The position numbers and the translations under genes are program-made. Shown here piece after piece: positions 57,387-64,000 of a stretch of 64,000 nucleotides of DNA (the stretch's first letter is position 1; every line of letters starts with the position of its first letter). The notes beneath the pieces are model-generated. The model did no database searches. It was not told where the DNA came from and saw only the letters and a list, made by a program, of their open reading frames with translations. The stretch comes from the human T2T-CHM13v2.0 reference genome, Homo sapiens, in assembly GCF_009914755.1 (NCBI RefSeq), contig NC_060925.1. One strand, 5' to 3'.

Positions 57387-60300
57387 TGGAAATGAAAGGG
57401 GTCATCATCTAATGGAATCGCATGGAATCATCATCAAATGGAATCGAATGGAATCATCATCAAATGGAATCTAATGGAATCATTGAACAGAATTGAATGG
57501 AATCGTCATCGAATGAATTGAATGCAATCATCGAATGGTCTCGAATGGAATCATCTTCTAATGGAAAGGAATGGAATCATCGCATAGAATCGAATGGAAT
57601 TATCATCGAATGGAATCGAATGGTATCAACACCAAACGGAAAAAAACGGAATTATCGAATGGAATCGAAGAGAATCTTCGAACGGACCCGAATGGAATCA
57701 TCTAATGGAATGGAATGGAATAATCCATGGACTCGAATGCAATCATCATCGAATGGAATCGAATGGAATCATCGAATGGACTCGAATGGAATAATCATTG
57801 AACGGAATCGAATGGAATCATCATCGGATGGAAACGAATGGAATCATCATCGAATGGAAATGAAAGGAGTCATCATCTAATGCAATTGCATGGAATCATC
57901 ATCAAACGGAATCGAATGGAATCAACATCAAATGGAATCTAATGGAATCATTGAACAGAATTGAATGGAATCGTCATCGAATGAATTGACTGCAATCATC
58001 GAATGGTCTCGAATGGAATCATCTTCAAATGGAATGGAATGGAATCATCGCATAGAATCGAATGGAATTATCATCGAATGGAATCGAATGGAATCAACAT
58101 CAAACGGAAAAAAACGGAATTATCGAATGGAATCGAAGAGAATCATCGAATGGACCCGAATGGAATCATCTAATGGAATGGAATGGAATAATCCATGGAC
58201 TCGAATGCAATCATCATCGAATGGAATCGAATGGAATCATCGAGTGGACTCGAATGGAATAATCATTGAACGGAATCGAATGGAATCATCATCGGATGGA
58301 AATGAATGGAATCATCATCGAATGGAATCGAATAGAATTATGGAATGAAATCCAGTGTGATCATCATCGAATGGACCCGAATGGAATCATCATCCAACGG
58401 AAGCTAATGGAATCAACATCGAATGAATCAAATGGAAACACCATCGAATTGAAACGAATGGAATTATCATGAAATTGAAATGGATGGACTCATCATCGAA
58501 TGGATTCGAATGGAATCATCGAATAAAATTGATTGAAATCATCATCGAATGGAATCGAATGGTATCATTGAATGGAATCGAATGGAATCATCATCAGATG
58601 GAAATGAATGGAATCGTCATAGAATGGAATCGAATGGATTCATTGAATGGAATCAGATGGAATCATCGAATGGACTGGAATGGAATCATTGAATGGACTC
58701 GAAAGGGATCATGATTGAATGGAATTGAATGGAATCATCGAATGGTCTCGATTGGAATCATTATCAAATGGAATCGAATGGAATCACCGAATAGAATAGA
58801 ATGGAACAATCATCGAATGGACTCAAATGGAATTATCCTCAAATGGAATCGAATGGAATTATCGAATGCAATCGAATGGAATTATCGAATGCAATCGAAT
58901 AGAATCATCGAATGGACTCGAATGGAATCATCGAATGGAATGGAATGGAACAGTCAATGAACTCGAATGGAATCATCATTGAATGGAATCGAATGGAATC
59001 ATCAAGTGGAATCGAATGGAATTATGATCAAATGGAATCGAATGTAATCATCATCAAATGGAATCAAAAATAACCATCATCAATTGGTATTGAATGGAAT
59101 TGTCATCAAATGGAATTCAAAGGAATCATCATCAAATGGAACCGAATGGAATCCTCATTGAATAGAAATGAAAGGGGTCATCATCTAATGGAATCGCATG
59201 GAATCATCATCAAATGGAATCGAATGGAATCATCATCAAATGGAATCTAATGGAATCATTGAACAGAATTGAATGGAATCGTCATCGAATGAATTGAATG
59301 CAATCATCGAATGGTCTCGAATGGAATCATCTTCTAATGGAAAGGAATGGAATCATCGCATAGAATCGAATGGAATTATCATCGAATGGAATCGAATGGT
59401 ATCAACACCAAACGGAAAAAAACGGAATTATCGAATGGAATCGAAGAGAATCTTCGAACGGACCCGAATGGAATCATCTAATGGAATGGAATGGAATAAT
59501 CCATGGACTCGAATGCAATCATCATCGAATGGAATCGAATGGAATCATCGAATGGACTCGAATGGAATAATCATTGAACGGAATCGAATGGAATCATCAT
59601 CGGATGGAAACGAATGGAATCATCATCGAATGGAAATGAAAGGAGTCATCATCTAATGGAATTGCATGGAATCATCATAAAATGGAATCGAATGGAATCA
59701 ACATCAAATGGAATCAAATGGAATCATTGAACGGAATTGAATGGAATCGTCATCGAATGAATTGACTGCAATCATCGAATGGTCTCGAATGGAATCATCT
59801 TCAAATGGAATGGAATGGAATCATCGCATAGAATCGAATGGAATTATCATCGAATGGAATCGAATGGAATCAACATCAAACGGAAAAAAACGGAATTATC
59901 GAATGGAATCGAAGAGAATCATCGAATGGACCCGAATGGAATCATCTAATGGAATGGAATGGAATAATCCATGGACTCGAATGCAATCATCATCCAATGG
60001 AATCGAATGGAATCATCGAATGGACTCGAATGGAATAATCATTGAACGGAATCGAATGGAATCATCATCGGATGGAAATGAATGGAATCATCATCGAATG
60101 GAATCGAATAGAATTATGGAATGAAATCCAGTGTGATCATCATCGAATGGACCCGAATGGAATCATCATCCAACGGAAGCTAATGGAATCAACATCGAAT
60201 GAATCGAATGGAAACACCATCGAATTGAAACGAATGGAATTATCATGAAATTGAAATGGATGGACTCATCATCGAATGGATTCGAATGGAATCATCGAAT

Positions 60301-63300
60301 AAAATTGATTGAAATCATCATCGAATGGAATCGAATGGTATCATTGAATGGAATCGAATGGAATCATAATCAGATGGAAATGAATGGAATCGTCATAGAA
60401 TGGAATCGAATGGATTCATTGAATGGAATCAGATGGAATCATCGAATGGACTGGAATGGAATCATTGAATGGACTTGAAAGGGATCATGATTGAATGGAA
60501 TTGAATGGAATCATCGAATGGTCTCGATTGGAATCATTATCAAATGGAATCGAATGGAATCACCGAATAGAATCGAATGGAACAATCATCGAATGGACTC
60601 AAATGGAATTATCCTCAAATGGAATCGAATGGAATTATCGAATGCAATCGAATGGAATTATCGAATGCAATCGAATAGAATCATCGAATGGACTCGAATG
60701 GAATCATCGAATGGAATGGAATGGAACAGTCAATGAACACGAATGGAATCATCATTGAATGGAATCGAATGGAATCATCGAGTGGAATCGAATGGAATTA
60801 TGATCAAATGGAATCGAATGTAATCATCATCAAATGGAATCAAAAATAACCATCATCAATTGGTATTGAATGGAATTGTCATCAAATGGAATTCAAAGGA
60901 ATCATCATCAAATGGAACCGAATGGAATCCTCATTGAATGGAAATGAAAGGGGTCATCGTCTTATGGAATCGCATGGAATCATCATCAAATGGAATCGAA
61001 TGGAATCATCATCAAATGGAATCTAATGGAATCATTGAACAGAATTGAATGGAATCGTCATCGAATGAATTGAATGCAATCATCGAATGGTCTCGAATGG
61101 AATCATCTTCTAATGGAAAGGAATGGAATCATCGCATAGAATCGAATGGAATTATCATCGAATGGAATCGAATGGTATCAACACCAAACGGAAAAAAACG
61201 GAATTATCGAATGGAATCGAAGAGAATCTTCGAACGGACCCGAATGGAATCATCTAATGGAATGGAATGGAATAATCCATGGACTCGAATGCAATCATCA
61301 TCGAATGGAATCGAATGGAATCATCGAATGGACTCGAATGGAATAATCATTGAACGGAATCGAATGGAATCATCATCGGATGGAAACGAATGGAATCATC
61401 ATCGAATGGAAATGAAAGGAGTCATCATCTAATGGAATTGCATGGAATCATCATAAAATGGAATCGAATGGAATCAACATCAAATCGAATCAAACGGAAT
61501 CATTGAACGGAATTGAATGGAATCGTCATCGAATGAATTGACTGCAATCATCGAATGGTCTCGAATGGAATCATCTTCAAATGGAATGGAATGGAATCAT
61601 CGCATAGAATTGAATGGAATTATCACCGAAAGCAATTGAATGGAATCAACATCAAACGGAAAAAAACGGAATTATCGAATGGAATCGAAGAGAATCATCG
61701 AATGGACCCGAATGGAATCATCTAATGGAATGGAATGGAATAATCCATGGACTCGAATGCAATCATCATCGAATGGAATCGAATGGAATCATCGAATGAA
61801 CTCGAATGGAATCATCATTGAATGGAATCGAATGGAATCATCGAGTGGAATCGAATGGAATTATGATCAAATGGAATCGAATGTAATCATCATCAAATGG
61901 AATCAAAAATAACCATCATCAATTGGTATTCAATGGAATTGTCATCAAATGGAATTCAAAGGAATCATCATCAAATGGAACCGAATGGAATCCTCATTGA
62001 ATGGAAATGAAAGGGGTCATCATCTAATGGAATCACATGGAATCATCATCAAATGGAATCGAATGGAATCTTCATCAAATGGAATCTAATGGAATCATTG
62101 AACAGAATTGAATGGAATCGTCATCGAATGAATTGAATGCAATCATCGAATGGTCTCGAATGGAATCATCTTCTAATGGAAAGGAATGGAATCATCGCAT
62201 AGAATCGAATGGAATTATCATCGAATGGAATCGAATGGTATCAACACCAAACGGAAAAAAACGGAATTATCGAAAGGAATCGAAGAGAATCTTCGAACGG
62301 ACCCGAATGGAATCATCTAATGGAATGGAATGGAATAATCCATGGACTCGAATGCAATCATCATCGAATGGAATCGAATGGAATCATCGAATGGACTCGA
62401 ATGGAATAATCATTGAACGGAATCGAATGGAATCATCATCGGATGGAAACGAATGGAATCATCATCGAATGGAAATGAAAGGAGTCATCATCTAATGCAA
62501 TTGCATGGAATCATCATCAAATGGAATCGAATGGAATCAACATCAAATGGAATCTAATGGAATCATTGAACAGAATTGAATGGAATCGTCATCGAATGAA
62601 TTGACTGCAATCATCGAATGGTCTCGAATGGAATCATCTTCAAATGGAATGGAATGGAATCATCGCATAGAATCGAATGGAATTATCATCGAATGGAATC
62701 GAATGGAATCAACATCAAACGGAAAAAAACGGAATTATCGAATGGAATCGAAGAGAATCATCGAATGGACCCGAATGGAATCATCTAATGGAATGGAATG
62801 GAATAATCCATGGACTCGAATGCAATCATCATCGAATGGAATCGAATGGAATCATCGAATGGACTCGAATGGAATAATCATTGAACGGAATCGAATGGAA
62901 TCATCATCAGATGGAAATGAATGGAATCATCATCGAATGGAATCGAATAGAATTGTGGAATGAAATCCAGTGTGATCATCATCGAATGGACCCGAATGGA
63001 ATCATCATCCAAAGGAAGCTAATGGAATCAACATCGAATGAATCAAATGGAAACACCATCGAATTGAAACGAATGGAATTATCATGAAATTGAAATGGAT
63101 GGACTCATCATCGAATGGATTCGAATGGAATCATCGAATAAAATTGATTGAAATCATCATCGAATGGAATCGAATGGTATCATTGAATGGAATCGAATGG
63201 AATCATCATCAGATGGAAATGAATGGAATCGTCATAGAATGGAATCGAATGGATTCATTGAATGGAATCAGATGGAATCATCGAATGGACTGGAATGGAA

Positions 63301-64000
63301 TCATTGAATGGACTCGAAAGGGATCATGATTGAATGGAATTGAATGGAATCATCGAATGGTCTCGATTGGAATCATTATCAAATGGAATCGAATGGAATC
63401 ACCGAATAGAATCGAATGGAACAATCATCGAATGGACTCAAATGGAATTATCCTCAAATGGAATCGAATGGAATTATCGAATGCAATCGAATGGAATTAT
63501 CGAATGCAATCGAATAGAATGATCGAATGGACTCGAATGGAATCATCGAATGGAATGCAATGGAACAGTCAATGAACTCGAATGGAATCATCATTGAATG
63601 GAATGGAATGGAATCATCGATTGGAATCGAATGGAATTATGATCAAATGGAATCGAATGTAATCCTCATCAAATGGAATCAAAAATAACCATCATCAATT
63701 GGTATTGAATGGAATTGTCATCAAATGGAATTCAAAGGAATCATCATCAAATGGAACCGAATGGAATCCTCATTGAATGGAAATGAAAGGGGTCATCATC
63801 TAATGGAATCGCATGGAATCATCATCAAATGGAATCGAATGGAATCATCATCAAATGGAATCTAATGGAATCATTGAACAGAATTGAATGGAATCGTCAT
63901 CGAATGAATTGAATGCAATCATCGAATGGTCTCGAATGGAATCATCTTCTAATGGAAAGGAATGGAATCATCGCATAGAATCGAATGGAATTATCATCGA

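Larger units (their letters stand above)
1..64000 (-). repeat. Human satellite 2 (HSat2/HSATII) tandem array; CATTC-type consensus on the minus strand, GAATG-rich on the plus strand
   Basis: Every line is built from GAATGGAATC / ATCATCGAATGG / GACTCGAATGG motifs. The reverse complement reads CATTCGATTCCATTCGATGAT, the HSATII signature. Frequent ATC triplets and TCGA distinguish it from the purer (GGAAT)n HSat3. No interruption or strand switch seen. Confidence 0.98.
42700..64000. repeat. Right subdomain: more homogeneous 1,776-bp units
   Basis: Spacings from 42727 are 2244, 1776, 1776, 2842, 1776 x5, 2839. All units carry GGGATCATGAT, and B subunits carry GAATTGACTGCAATC. Confidence 0.85.

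Noticed and set aside
41-63575. Hundreds of short ORFs (MESSSNEL..., MKLKWMD..., up to 163 aa)
   Set aside because: They are low-complexity translations of GAATGG repeats (MESS/NGIEWNH). They overlap in several frames, recur with the satellite period and are freely broken by stops. No recognisable domain and no sign of coding constraint.
1-64000. CRISPR-like or prokaryotic repeat-spacer system
   Set aside because: There are no unique spacers between the 23/26-bp monomers and no cas-like or other real genes. The sequence is a eukaryotic satellite.
1-64000. HSat3 (e.g. DYZ1 or chr9) or alpha-satellite assignment
   Set aside because: Pure GGAAT runs are only about three copies long and ATCATCGA motifs dominate. 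There is no 171-bp period and no CENP-B box was seen.
1-64000. Variant lengths (468, 442, 713, 993) as exact sums of 23 and 26
   Set aside because: Most numbers of this size can be written that way, so the arithmetic is uninformative without a monomer-level alignment.

Overview
The whole 64-kb window is one uninterrupted, single-orientation pericentromeric satellite array: human satellite 2 (HSat2/HSATII). It is built from diverged GAATG/(CATTC)n pentamers arranged as GAATGGAATC, ATCATC and TCGA motifs in 23/26-bp monomers. The dominant higher-order unit is 1,776 bp with one conserved EcoRI site, which matches the classical 1.77-kb EcoRI repeat (pUC1.77/D1Z1, HSat2A2 type) of human 1q12. Each unit is two ~468-bp subrepeats (A, B) plus ~840 bp of unit-specific sequence. 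About 34 units are present. I see no genuine genes, RNA genes, transposons or CRISPR arrays; all listed ORFs are translations of the satellite. What the sequence does show is array evolution. The left domain (1 to ~42.7 kb) is structurally heterogeneous, with units of 1285, 1307/1308, 1766, 1923, 2218 and 2391 bp, an ~8-kb near-identical duplication at offset 12,530 and a three-donor mosaic. The right domain is more homogeneous, with its own diagnostic SNPs, an incipient dimer periodicity and a 713-bp deletion seen twice. I found no evidence for a novel protein-coding or RNA-based system.
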